This document shows positions 14,758-29,351 of a DNA stretch of 64,000 nucleotides, piece by piece (position 1 is the first letter of the stretch; every line of letters starts with the position of its first letter). Made by a program: the position numbers and the translations under genes. This DNA is from Chrysomallon squamiferum (Eukaryota > Animalia > Mollusca). Location: contig CM022673.1 of assembly GCA_012295275.1 (NCBI GenBank), positions 27,528,001-27,592,000 of the forward strand, read 5' to 3'. The notes under the pieces were generated by a model that saw only the letters and a list, made by a program, of their open reading frames with translations, was not told where the DNA came from and did not search any database.

Positions 14758-15954
14758 ATTGATTACATTTACATGTATATATTTGTATTTTGGCATTAGC
14801 TCCAAGATAACAGATATCAGTAGGAGTCAGTAACTACAAACATTTAGCACATACTCTGTGTTTTTAAAAACAGATTACGTAACCCTCCAACATCTTATCT
14901 CTGCTAGGTATAAATATCTAGCATGTGTAAGATACGTGTGCAAAGTTAAAAAAAAAAATTTACGGAATTCTGGAGGTAAACCAAAGTGTGACTGTTTTCA
15001 CAACGGAAAAACAAATAAACTAAACTCAACTGGAAATATGTTTGAAATTTAAATTTAACAAATATTTAGTTTATAAATAGCAGTTATATAAATAGGTTTT
15101 TTTTTTTTTTTTTTTTTTTTTTCAAAATTTGTGTACTGAAAATGAGATATGTTATTTTGAGGTTTCTCAAACATACATCTTTTTTCTTTTTTAAAAGTAT
15201 TTATTATTATTTTTGTTATTTTTGTTGTTGTTTTGTATAAGAGATATTTCTATTTTAGCTATAATGTTAACAGTTATTTTTTAAATATTTATTCTCAAAT
15301 AGTCCAGTATGTATGTATGTATGTATATGTATGTGTGTATGTGTATGTGTGTATATATTATTATTACATATAACTATCTATCTTCTATCTACCTATATCG
15401 TATTATATATACTAGTTTATATGTCTGCTTAATATACTACTGTATCTACCTCCCTGTTTACATGATAATATGTTGTTCTGTGAGTATGTAAGTCTGTCTC
15501 ACTTTGCTTATTTTTCCATTAATCGTGCTGTGCTGTTTTCTGGCTGTCAGTTTACGTATCTTGATGTCTGTGATTATTATAAACTGCAAATCTCACAGTC
15601 GTCACTTCAATCAATGATTTTTTCTTTCTTTGCTGATGACGTAAAATTATATCGCTCATAGTCTTGTCACAAACAGACAGATATCTATTAGTCGTTTTGT
15701 AAACGTTGGCTTATAATCAATAGAATAACGTGTCAGCGGTATTTCTGATGCAAGTTATAACAGTCTGTCAAAGACGTCTGTAGAGCACCATGCAATTTAA
15801 TGTAATACTGACAAAGGAAAATGTTTCTGAAAGATTATTTTTAAAATTTTAATGAGATAGTCGCCATTTCACGCGATGGCCGATAATGAATGAAGCGGGA
15901 TTATTCTTGAAAAGATACTCAGTGATGAGAAAAGTTACGTATTCAGTTTTCTGT

Positions 15955-16020
15955 AATTAGAGATTTACTGGTAGAGGGTTTTCTGAGACGCAAAGGGTCG
16001 CATGTTCGAGTCCAGTCAGT
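15955..16020 (+). mobile_element. Degenerate tRNA-derived SINE head
   Basis: A-box-like tggtagag (15969) and B-box-like gttcgagtcc (16004) at tRNA-like spacing; no intact cloverleaf. Confidence 0.5.
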
Positions 16021-17271
16021 GTCTTCTAGACTGTTTGCAATTACTGCTCAAACATTAGCAAATGGCAAAGATTCATTCATATTGCAGTATGCGGGACAGA
16101 GTAAAGAATTCGCTTTCCCAAAAAATTTCACGAAATGATTTGTCGTCGTTTTTGTGAAAACCTTCACCACCACAACCACCATGACGCTCTGTATCATCAG
16201 CCATCATTATCATTACTGGTTTCTGTTCCGTTTTGTTACCATGACCACACACTTGTCATATGAAAATGTCACAGGTCACTCATTAATTGCATTATATGAA
16301 AAACCATCGGAAAAGCAAAATCTGCCTTTGATTTGAAGCCAAGTTTATCAATCACTCATCGGAGCTTTTAACATTTCGTCGATGCAAGTAAATGGTAGAC
16401 TATAAAAGTGTTAAATAAAGCAGACGAATTTCGCGTTCGGTTTTGTTAATGAAAGAAGTAATAGCTCGTAACAGAAATAACACTTTTCAATTTACAGCAC
16501 TGAGTTGTATGAATAAACACTGAATTAAAAAAAAACGATTAAAAGATTGTGGAAAGATGAGAGGTTGTACGTGGGCTGTTGAGTGCTTATCATGAAATTA
16601 ACAACATATTTTCACACATACACACACACACACACGCACCCAAAAATACATACGCACCCACCCACCCACACACGTATATATATATATATATATGTGTACG
16701 ACTTAAAAAGCTTCTACGTAAATGAATATCGCTATTACAGAATAAATGTTGACTATGGGATTTTAAATAAACATTACTAATGTAGTAATTTAGAAAGTTT
16801 AAAAATGTATGTACATATACACCGACCCCCCACACACATACACACATGATTGACTGGAGATCGAAATAAATGTGATTTGAAAGTGCCAAACCGTGTTAAA
16901 TAGATACATAAATAAAATGACTTTCAAAAACAAATTCTGCATCAGTGAGATCATTAAACCATCCAGGTAACTATGATAGTGGTTTTAGATTTCCTTAAAT
17001 ACATACATTCATAAATACATATATTTATATATACATAAACGTACACATGCACATGCAGACATACATACTAGTATATATATATATATATATATATACATAC
17101 ACACACATGTATATACACACATATGATCACACATATATACATCACACATTTGTGTGTAAAGAGAGACAGAAAATGACAAACAGGAGGAGAAAGAGAGAAA
17201 AGGAAGAGATTTGGAAATAAAGGGAAAGAGCTAGAGCAAGATAAGGAGATAGATGGATAGACAGATGTATC

Positions 17272-17386
<115 letters not shown>

Positions 17387-17392
17387 AAGATG

Positions 17393-17428
<36 letters not shown>

Positions 17429-19312
17429 AGTTTTAAGATCGACAAGTGAAACAGCCTCATCTAAAACAATAAAATCTTATTTCGCCGTTAACAGCCTCTT
17501 TGCCACCCATGTGATAATGTACAGAACAGACTTTAGCACAAAACTATACCTTCAGAAACACTGATATAAAAAAAAAAAATAGATAAAAAAAAGAAAGATA
17601 ATTTGAAAATATTTCAAAACTTTATTATATGCGAAAGTTAAAAGAATAAGTAAAAATTACAAAAATTAGGCTTTTTGTCGTCGACATCATCATGTTTTTG
17701 ATGCCGTTTTATCGCTCTCTTGTCGCTCCACGCTGGCGAATTTCATCAGCTGGTGATAAAGTCGACAGATAAAACTCACGTTTGGTAACAACAGCAAACG
17801 TTTTCAACAGATTTACGATCGTTCGTCTTAATATTGACGACTAAGTCGCTGTAAACACTCTATAAAGCCAGGCGGTGGCCGGATTAATCATGTGATACGT
17901 AACACAGAGACCAGTTCTTCCACAGTGTTACGCTGCAGCTATTACCGTCAAAGCGGAATGCAGATTAGTATGTGACTGTGAAACCGGTCGACGTTTTAAT
18001 CCCATAATGCACTGGTTCAGGAACTACGAATTGCAGCGTTTGTGTTGTGTTTGTATGTAACATAAAATTGCAGTTCTGTGCAGTGGAATAAATATTTTGA
18101 GAAATATTTTTAAAAAAAAAAAAAAAAAAGAGAGAAAGAAATATAATTGTAATGTTTTAAAAGCAAAAATGTTTGTTTTTAATTTAAATTTTTCAGATTT
18201 TGAAAAAACATTCAATTCCTTTAAATGTCAAGAGTAACACGATCTTCATTACAAATGTGCTGACGAGTTAAAAGATTTCATAAAATGCTGCAAAATGGTT
18301 ATAAATCACGTGACTGGAATACACCAGGTTTCTCTTCTCAGTTTCTGTGTCTCCATCTCTCTCTACAAGATTGACTGTGCAAAACGTGTTTTCTCAAAAA
18401 AAAAAACAAAATAAAAAAAAAGAAAAAAAAAAATGAAACCAACGAACAAACAAATAAAAAAAAAATAAAAAAAGTGAAACCAACGAACAAACAAATAAAA
18501 TAACAAAAGAAACAACAACAACAACAAAATAATAAAAAATAATAATAATAATAATAAAAATAAAACTAAAAAATACAAACTAAGTAAAATAATAATAAAA
18601 AACCCCCAAATCAAATCAAATCTAAAAACTAAAAACAAAAACAGAAACAGAGACAGACAAAACAAACAAAGAAAACCAACAACCATAAAACTAGATATTT
18701 TTTTTAATCATTTGTTTAAAAAAACAAAAAATTAGTTGTTTTTTAAAATATCCATTCACTAGTTACGTGTTATCAAACGTTTAAACTAATATTCCAACAT
18801 TCCGCAACTTCTAACATTTCTACACCTATCTATCTGAATATCTGAACATTTTCTTAACCTCTATTATGTGTTTTTTTAAAGAAATTTTCCATCTGGTATC
18901 TTTTAAATCTAAATTTGTATACGTGAGTTCTTTTTCTTTTCTTTTCTTTTCTTTTCTTTACTTTTCCAAACAACATGCATGTGAAATCCATCACGTTTTT
19001 ATCTCAGTTGTTTAGTGGTTGCTTTATTTTTTTATTTTTCACAGCAAGGATCACATCAGCATTTAGCGAAACATGATATCTAACAGTTGTTTTCTACGGA
19101 ATATATGTTTTTTTTTAAAATAAAAGTTAACGGCAATTTTTGTTCTTTGAAAAAAAAAAAAAAAAAAAAAAAAAAAGAAAAAAAAGATGCTTCTTGGCTT
19201 ACATTTTATTCTCGGGTCGAGGCTGATAAAATAGACTGGCATGTCAAGTTCTTACGCAGCAGTATCGAGTGAGCTGGAGATCACGTTAATGTGATAAGCT
19301 GATGTATGAATG

Positions 19313-19315
19313 TAC

Positions 19316-19352
<37 letters not shown>

Positions 19353-19464
19353 GGGTTGTATTATGTGTGTGTCTGTCTGTGTATGTATGTATGTATGTAT
19401 GTGTGTGTGTATGTATGTATGTATGTATGTATGTATGTGTATATGTATATATGTATGTTTGTAT

Positions 19465-19503
<39 letters not shown>

Positions 19504-19509
19504 TATGTG

Positions 19510-19550
<41 letters not shown>
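19313..19550. repeat. Compound (GT)n/(ATGT)n/(AT)n microsatellite
   Basis: Direct reading. Confidence 0.95.
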
Positions 19551-19555
<5 letters not shown>

Positions 19556-21059
19556 ATTAAAAAAGATAAAACAAAAAAGAAAAGAAAATGAGATTAAATT
19601 AAACAGAAAAATATCAAAGAGAATGAGAGACAGAGATAGACGGAGAGAGGCAGAGAAACGGAGGGAGTAAGAGAGAGAGAGAGAAAAAACGAAAAAGTAG
19701 CAGAATGAAACAAACTGATTTTAACTATGAAAATAACAACACGAGCACATAATTATTTCAGCACGTTCGTTTATAACGCATTTTCATCAACTTTCCCATA
19801 ACATGTCTACTTATAACGTTTACCTACTTACTATATTTTACTTAAGCAAAAAACAACAGGTAAAATTTCGTTTGAAATAGGATTCAAAGCTTCAGACATC
19901 TGCTGAACGTATTGGAAAAACGAACAGCAATAACCCCATGGTATTTTACACGATACAGTTTGATAAAGTTTGTTTTCCTTCCCGCAGATTTAGGGTTTAT
20001 TTCTTTAATCATATTTCATTAACAGATCCAAGGCTGAAGAAACTGCACAGCCAGCCCTGGCCTCCCCACTGTCATCTTATAACAGCAGACTTTCGTTTTC
20101 CGAGGTTCAGACTTAGACCACGCAGTCTCAAACAGATGTTACGATGTCGGAGAATTTTATCCAAAATGGCGTACAATTTTCCATTTCCAGAGTAGTACTG
20201 TATTACATACTATCATAGCTTGTGTGATGACATACAAAATTTAATGTTTTTTTTTTTTTTTAACCCTAAATAACGAAGGTTGTAGTATTAACGATTTTTC
20301 TTGATCAAATCTGCTGATTCAGACGTATCATTCAAACTCATTTAGATCATTCCCTATCTCTGCTCCTCTCTTCTACGTATTCATGTTCAGCTGGTGCTAT
20401 TGTGAATGTTTTGACAGGTTGTTGCGTTACTCTCCTTTTAAAATCGTGAAAATTGTGCATCAGGAACTCTTGTGGCAGACAAAACAAAGAAACAGAATCG
20501 CTGAATGGTTTTTGTTCTTACGTCATAAAGACGTAATATATTAACATTACTTTGATGTTGTAGTTTTATTTGTATTGCTCATACGGGACAGGTGTTATTG
20601 TCTGAAGCTGCGAGCAAGATAAGTTTTGTTTTGTGTTTCCATTGTTCAGAATTAGAGTTGATATATACCTGAAGGCAAATACTGCTGAAACGTAAAACAT
20701 CATGTATCTACTTGACAGGTGTAGGATGCTGTTAGAATTAAGCTGTATTGATATGAATGTTGTGTGAATTTCTGTTTAAAAACAAAAACAGATCTCAGTA
20801 GAAATAATCAAGAAAACACAATTATAAAGAAATAAATATTATTATATGCTTTCTTTTTAGGTACTGACACATATACATGCACAACGTATATATTATATAT
20901 ATATATATATAGACAGACAAACATACATACATACATACATACATACATACGTACGTACATAAATACATATATATATAAACGCACACACAGAAATAGTCAA
21001 AGAATCTTCAAAAATATTATTTTTTTTTTTATTAATTTTCACAAACGTTTACTTCATGA

Positions 21060-21792
21060 AAGCAAATACATCACCACTTCAGAGCGTACACTGCAACGAC
21101 CATCATCATCACTTCAGCCTTCACGGCTTCGCTTATCGAGTTTATCATCTATCTGATGTAAATATTTGTCTTTGCTGATAATGAATAATTTACAGTGCAA
21201 ACAGAACGAAGATATATAAATAAATATATGTGTTAGGTAACGCTGTAAATATTATTACTGCCATTTATATCAATGAACTGTGTTATATGAGGACTGCACT
21301 TTCTGTTTGATGAAGAAAGATTTGTAGAATGAATCTGCAAATGCGAAGAATTTATTGAACATTTTGTTGCTAGTGGGAAATCTTTGAGACGTAATTACAT
21401 GACAGCGGTGACTTTTTGATCATCAGTTGCGCAGTTTTATAGGAAATGAGTTATAAACGTTGGTGTTTATTGTTTTAAATAATGAATCATATTCAGAGCC
21501 GTAGATATATGAATGTTGCAGACGAATTTGAGTTGTACATGAATTTTTATGTTGTAGATTCTGGTTTAGAATTAATTCTTTGTTGATAACTTCCTTTCTG
21601 TATAATGAACCTTATTTTATTTCAAAAGATCAAATATATATGTTGATGTATGGTTTCAGTGAATCAATATAAAAATATGCCTTGTTGCTAGCAGACAACA
21701 CTACACAACATGCAGCGGTAATAGCCAATTTCTCCTGCATATAACACAGAAAAAAAACTGAAAAAAAAAAAAAAAAAAAAAAAAAAAGAGAG

Positions 21793-21825
<33 letters not shown>

Positions 21826-22531
21826 TATTCAATATCTACATGAAAAAACCCACACCAGTAATGCATACAAACGATGTTGTTTGAAATATACCTGACACTG
21901 ACCGCTTAATGTTATTTATTCCCAAGTGTGTGTACACCGAGACACAACAGACATTTGATAAAGACGAATGGGTTATCACACTCAGTGACTGGATCCCTAA
22001 CTCAGCATAAAAACACTCACTGAACATCTTCAACGAGCGAGTTCTGCCTGCTGACTTTCCAGACAGTTCTGTGTACTTTACCGTTTTATGTAAAACAAAC
22101 ACAAATATCTCTTGTTGTTCTACGAGCAGATTAAGAAACATAATTATTCTTGTTCTCATAAATATAGCTGAGAATGAAAATTTACGTTTGATGCTGTTAA
22201 TACCCGTTAATGTTTAATACCGTTAAATAAATCATTTTTGTACACTTGTAACAAAATCGCCATTTATGTTAAAAAACACTGATTTGTTGTTAAACATTCA
22301 TTCACTCTGGTCCATTTGCCTGCAATTCTTACAGACTTTTTTTGATCGATCTTCTCTCTGAGAATTGGTATCAAATTCATCGCTGAACGGCAGGCATTAG
22401 TATTCCGAAATTGAAGGAAATGGCCAATAAAAAGCAGATCGTCTTCCTCTGAAGATGCACATTATCTCAGTTATTTCTTTTCTTAAAGCTAAAATGTGAT
22501 AGTATTTAAGTGAAAAGTTCATCAAGACATC
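21060..22531 (-). pseudogene. Decayed multi-exon gene relic, copy A of a ~2.2 kb tandem duplication; product unknown
   Basis: Minus-strand acceptor ttttcttttttcag at ~22532 and donor gtaaga at ~22332. The middle block translates as KTVKYTEL/VWKVSRQNSLVEDV with a frameshift. A further acceptor-like site lies at ~21175. All three blocks are collinear with copy B; stops and frameshifts are present. Confidence 0.5.
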
Positions 22532-22712
22532 CTGAAAAAAGAAAATTCAATACATAGATAAAAACAACAACAAAAACCCCTCCATAACACGACTACAAAA
22601 TAAAAAACAACAACAAATAAGCAAGCAAACAAATACATACATATTAATACTATATTTATTTTTTAAATGTGTGTACCTATGTATATATGTTTTATGTGTA
22701 TGTACGTGTGTT

Positions 22713-22743
<31 letters not shown>

Positions 22744-23139
22744 TTGTATAGGTATATCTATTTGTATAGGTATGAATGAATATATATATATATTAGTATT
22801 TACGTCTGTATATGTGTGTATTCATTTGTATTTTCATTTCTACATCATCTACATAACCTTAGACTATTATTACAACAACCACAACGAACAAACAACAAAG
22901 TAAAACGAAATATTTTAAAACAATTTTATCAACGCTCACACACACACAGTTCACTCAGGCGCAACAATTAATAAAAACAAAACACACACATTTATACACA
23001 CAGACACACCATGCACGCACACACACACACCACACACACACATAAGAACATTCGAACACACAAACACATGCACATAAAAAACAACAAACAAACCCTCGCA
23101 GATTCACACAAACAAACATATCTTAACGAAACGCCTTAT

Positions 23140-24715
23140 CTATGAATTTATTGCAAACTGAAAGATTTACAACCTCTACGTTGTTGATGTGTACGCTGAT
23201 ATCAACACCATCTACTCAGACCCGTCTTGTCTGGTTGTAGCTGTTTCAAATACCTCGAAATTTACAGCTTGGTTATATTCATGATTAGCGAAAGTGTCGA
23301 AAATCTGAAATATGAATAAGTGCTACGAATAAAACAAGCGACATATTTCTGGTCACACCCTTTATTTATAATGAAATATATTTTTGTTATTGTTGTGTTT
23401 ATGTAGACACACATATATGCAGCTAACTATATGTGTTTGTGAAAGTCTGTGAGTGTGTGTGTTTGTTTATTTGTATGTATATGTATGTATGTGTGTGTAT
23501 ATGTGTATGTGTGTATGTATGAATATATGTATGTATGTTGGTGTGTGTATAGGAATATGGGTATATATATATATATATATATATTATATAAATATCACGA
23601 GGTTAAAGCCAGAAGGTATAAAGTGCATTTTTTTGCCAAAATGATATTTTACCACCAATACATGTACAGTAGTATATTCTTTCATATAATATCAAGTTAG
23701 TAGCGTAATAACTTTCTGAGATATCAGTCAGCACCACATAGTAGTAAGTGATTATTTGTTAACGCCAAAAAGTCGTAACTGTACTTACGACATTTTGGTT
23801 CCTGTGAAATTTGTGATTCACATATTACATTGTTTTGCCGTTATGGTCCAGATTGTTTGGTAAATATATCAAAACCAAAAACACGTAAGGGCTTTTACGA
23901 TGTTCTGTTCCTATACACGTCTCAATTCACTTTTTGCCAAAAGGACTTATTTACGTTTACGACTTTTTCGTAACAATATCCAGATTACTACATGTATTTA
24001 CGTATCTGTAAAGAAAAGAAAGAAAGAAAAAACAACAACATCAAGAATGTAAAAGAAGAAAACAAGTTCAGCTTGAAAAAGTACACATCATATGTTGAAG
24101 AATCTATCTGACACTGACCTTTTTACTGTTATGTGTAAGTGTATGTACACGCAGACACAACAAATATTGGATTTATTAATCATACCCAGTGACTGGATGA
24201 ACCTATGTCTGGGCACGGATCATTTAACTTTGTATAAAACACGCACTTAAAACTGACATCTTCAACAAGCGAGTTGTCCCTGGTGACCTTCCAGACAAGT
24301 TGTGTGTACTTTATTGTTTGTGTCGAAATGTATATGAAATACAGAAGTACATCTCTTCTTCCTAGAATCTTTTTTCTTTTTTTTTCTGAATTTTTTTATT
24401 TTTTTTTGCATGTAGATAGTCACTCAGCTTTGAATTAAAATACCGTTTGATGCTAATAATAACCATTAATGTTTAACGTCATTAAATAAATAATCATTCT
24501 TTGATCTTAAACAAGGTAAATGATAAACAAAATTCTGTATTTACGAATTTACTTCATGTTGAGATGATAGAGTATAAAATAACAAATTAAGACATGCAAA
24601 CCATATAAGAATGTCGATTAAATAAATAGATTGCCTTCGGATTGAACTGTTTTATAAAAACCCAGAGCAGCTTATATAACAGCTTAAGATTAGCGATGTA
24701 AAACTGGTCCAGAAT
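23140..24715 (-). pseudogene. Decayed multi-exon gene relic, copy B
   Basis: The middle block (~24325-24187) reads TQTIKYTQLVWKVTRDNSLVEDVSFKCVFYTKLNDPCPDIGSSSHW and is followed by gtatga. An acceptor at ~23305 opens IFDTFANHEYNQAVNFEVFETATTRQDGSE*, then AATAAA. The upstream block has stops in all frames and the middle acceptor lacks AG. Confidence 0.5.
23756..23976. mobile_element. MITE-like element with ~40 bp imperfect terminal inverted repeats
   Basis: Left end ttgttaacgccaaaaagtcgtaactgtacttacgacattttgg; reverse complement of right end ttgttacgaaaaagtcgtaaacgtaaataagtccttttgg; TAT flanks both ends. Confidence 0.65.
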
Positions 24716-25214
24716 CTAAATATTTCCAGTGTTTTAATTTTGGTTTTTAAATTTTTGTAAAGACAATGAAAAATTCTTTCAAGTAATACGACTTCACAGT
24801 CATTTAGATGTTAACAAACAAACAGACTGGGGCAGAGAAATGAATTGAAGAAATGAAACAACGTACATATACATCACAATCTTATCTTATGCATGAATAT
24901 TTATTTAAGATGCTTGAAGTTATTTTAATGTCACATAATACTAGATATTTTTTGTAGCAAAATTAAACATCATAAACAGACATAAGATAAAAAATCCGCC
25001 CTAACCTCCGTTTCTAAGTCTATTTTTTATTTTTTATCGATCACTGACAAAGAATATTTTATATGTACCTTCAAACATACTATTTCAGAAAAAAACATAC
25101 AACAATAGTTTAATAAGCTGATAATGAAATACACATAGGAAACTTGAATTTCAAGGCCTTTGATGACTTAGAAGTGAAGGGTAATGGCTAGAAGTGAAAT
25201 AAGCCTAACAAGCA

Positions 25215-25285
25215 TGTGCACAGATTTGATCTCGAGACTAACCATGCCTCAGGACAAAAACTTTAAATACTAAGCTAAAGCTTCT
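25215..25285 (-). mobile_element. Possible highly degenerate tRNA-derived SINE head
   Basis: Minus strand tagcttagt..taaag...cctgaggcatggttagtctcgagatcaaatc resembles an A-box/B-box layout. Confidence 0.25.
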
Positions 25286-25737
25286 TACGTTTTTCAAGTC
25301 TATTTATATCATTAAACGATACGTTATCATGCGCTTTTCATTATTATTATTTTTTTTACCAGGAAGTGTTTAAATTTAAAAATAAAAAAATAAATATAAA
25401 GTAAATATAAAAATTAATCATAAATAAGTAAAATAAAATTTATATATATATAAATAAATAAATAATAATAATAAAAAAATATTCTGACACTTTATTTCCG
25501 TCTTCAAAAACAAATTTTCAAGGAATAGAAAAAAAGAAAAAAAGAAACAGAAAAAGAAAAATTTCTGTTCGTTTTTACCAGAGATTAAATCAGACAAACT
25601 TCTCTTATAATGACTAACTTGCTTACATATTACTGAAAAAATGATCTTTATGGTGCTATTTGGTACATTTTATCTAAGTGGTGGTTTATCACTTAAGAAG
25701 AACTTGGGGAAAATACTCTGCAGTAATAAAAATCACC

Positions 25738-25984
<247 letters not shown>

Positions 25985-26367
25985 CACTATTCAGTATTAT
26001 AAGTGATAATATCAGTTCTTTTCATTCCCAGACGTTTCGTTTAATATTTCAAAATAGACTCTTCGATTATGTAACTAAGTTCGCATTAACCAAGTTTTAA
26101 ATTATACATATTAGAGAAAAAAAATCAAAATAAAATAATTTAAATAAATTCTCATTGGACTGAAAATATTTTTAACGTTAATATTCATTAATTAGTAGGT
26201 TTTCTTCTGTTCTCTTCAAAATAAAATTTAATGAAAAGTAATTTCTCAGAATGGAAATACTTTTTTGTTATTTTGGTTTGGTGTAATTTATTGTTCGTTT
26301 AATGCTCGATTATTTACTGCAAAGTAATTACAAAACCTTTTAGTTATATACTTCCGAGGATATTGTG

Positions 26368-26439
<72 letters not shown>

Positions 26440-26951
26440 AACACACTCACACACACTACACTACACAGACGTACACAGAACACACACGCACACACATAAA
26501 TACACACAATGACTATTTTATTAAAGTGAACTTTGTTTAAATCAGGCATGACTGTTCTAGCGTTTTCTTTTAAGCTATTTTCAAGATATGCACTCTTACT
26601 TACGTGCACAAAAAACAGATACATCTAGTGAACGATGACATAAGAGAAACATTTTGGCTTGAACTTGATACTATTTTACCGTCTTCGACTCTATAGACAA
26701 ACACACACACACACACACACGCACACACGCACACAACAAACACTCACACACGTAAAACCAAGCTCACACAGAAATAAATATACATAATTTTTTTTATTTG
26801 AATCTCGACGTAATTGTAAACGAAACAAACAAGAAGTGGTTAACACCGGTCTTTTCACAAATACGAAACACGAAGACAGGAATCTAAGTCGTGAAAACCT
26901 ACATGTGTATAAATATCGATCCAAATAAAGTGTGAATTCTTAAAAATCATG

Positions 26952-26983
<32 letters not shown>

Positions 26984-27591
26984 GATATATTTTTTTTCCT
27001 CTATTTTTTTCCATTCACTGTTTGATGCAGATTGCTGGGACCTTTTATGTCGTAAAATTCATTGCTATCACCGTTGTAAAACAGAATGAAATAAAATTCT
27101 TGTACATGCTTGAATTAATAAGTACATACATTCGTGGAAATTAATACGTTCTGAAATCATGCTGGTAACTGAAAGGCTGTTCAGATTCATGGCTCTTTAT
27201 ATTTTTCTCTCGTTATTTCTTTTACATTCTTTATTATGTGGATTTTTAATGAAGGTAGTAGATAAAGGGTTAATTTTATATTTCATATGAGACGAAGATG
27301 CTTCGTATTTATTTAGTTAGATTAAAATTAAGGTTAATTTTAGATTTTATGGAGATGAAGATGTTTTATTTTGGTTATATTTTGTTAGTTATAAAAAAAT
27401 AAAAAAATAAATAAATGCTGTAAAATGTTTTAGAAATATCCATTCACCAACGGAAGAATAAAGAATATAAGAAAAGAGATCTCTTGTTATTGCATAAACG
27501 ACAGCATCAACAAAATAGCAGTAACAACAGTGGTAGCAGCAACAACAGCAACAACAACAGCAATAATAATAATAATAATAATAATAATACA

Positions 27592-27641
<50 letters not shown>

Positions 27642-28774
27642 TAATACTATAGATGCTTCTGATAATAAAGATGATGATATAGATAATAATAATAATCATC
27701 ATAATAATAATAATTCAAAACTCTTTGTGAATCTTCCTTTACAATTACGATTAAATCCAGGAAACGTTTTGCGCTGATCTTTTGTTGGTCAGTATAACTT
27801 ACTCAGCGTGACCTGCACACTCAAACACTATGCAGATTGCATCGGAACGTACCATTTTATTGCACATTTCTGTCGGTCGTTTGGCAAGACTAACAACTGT
27901 AAGGGTTAAAGGTTTTGTCTAACTACGTCATCGGCAAATTAGGCAGAAAGACATTGATATGGAATTATTGATCGGTTCGGATACGTGATGGTAAAAAGCA
28001 CAGTTTCCATACACAATCGTTTACCAGTCTAACGTCGTTCAAAGTCAATAGCTTTGTCATTGCCTGACGCGTCATTGATCGCAGGATCAATCCTCTTTAG
28101 AGACCGGTTAGTTTTATTTCACCAGTCTGACAGTGTCCCGTCAAGTCTTTTGGTGTGTGCTTTCGTTGTTACGGGAAGGTAAAAGCTTCTAAAAAAAGTT
28201 CACTTGTTGCTGGTTGATAAAATGATATAACATGCAGTCTGGTGTCTTTTTCTTCTTTCCTGTAATCATTTTGCAATACACACAAACACACGCACAGACG
28301 CAGTGTTCTAATATTAAAGTTAAATGAAACGACGGCAACGCATGTGAAATGAATTTAAACAAGAAAACTAGGTGACAGACAGTGTTTTTTCTGAACTTCT
28401 TTTGATGACTTTCTGGCGAAGTGGTTAAAGATCATTAATGTGCATAACAAAACGAATGTTTCTTTTTTCTTTAATTTTTTTCACCCACCCCAAAAAATCA
28501 ACAAACAAACAAACAAACAAACAAAAAAAATCCCCCACAAATAAAACAATAACAGTAATAATAAAAACTGAATGAGTAAATAAAAAGTAAATAAAAACTC
28601 TATGAACCTATATTTCATACAGAGTTACGTGGACGGTTTTACTGCAGACTCGTGTAGCAGAGGATGCTGCCAAATACTTCTGTTCTCGCTGTACATTAAA
28701 ATTCCACACAGACAGACAGCAGAGTGTGATGTTATAGAAAAACACTTTAAAATGAAAAGCAAGCGAACACACAC

Positions 28775-29286
<512 letters not shown>

Positions 29287-29290
29287 TGTA

Positions 29291-29351
<61 letters not shown>

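Noticed and set aside
15955-16020. Functional tRNA gene
   Set aside because: A/B-box-like motifs are present but acceptor and anticodon stems cannot be formed; treated as a SINE relic
18434-18500. 41 bp tandem duplication (also small duplications at ~22740, ~42508 and ~48662)
   Set aside because: Ordinary slippage products, mostly in low-complexity context
19938-20195. 85 aa ORF with internal acceptor-like sites
   Set aside because: No recognisable homology and no supporting partner exons
21836-22159. 107 aa minus-strand ORF as an intact gene
   Set aside because: Comparison with the paralogous copy indicates frameshifts relative to the conserved frame; the ORF runs through presumed intron sequence
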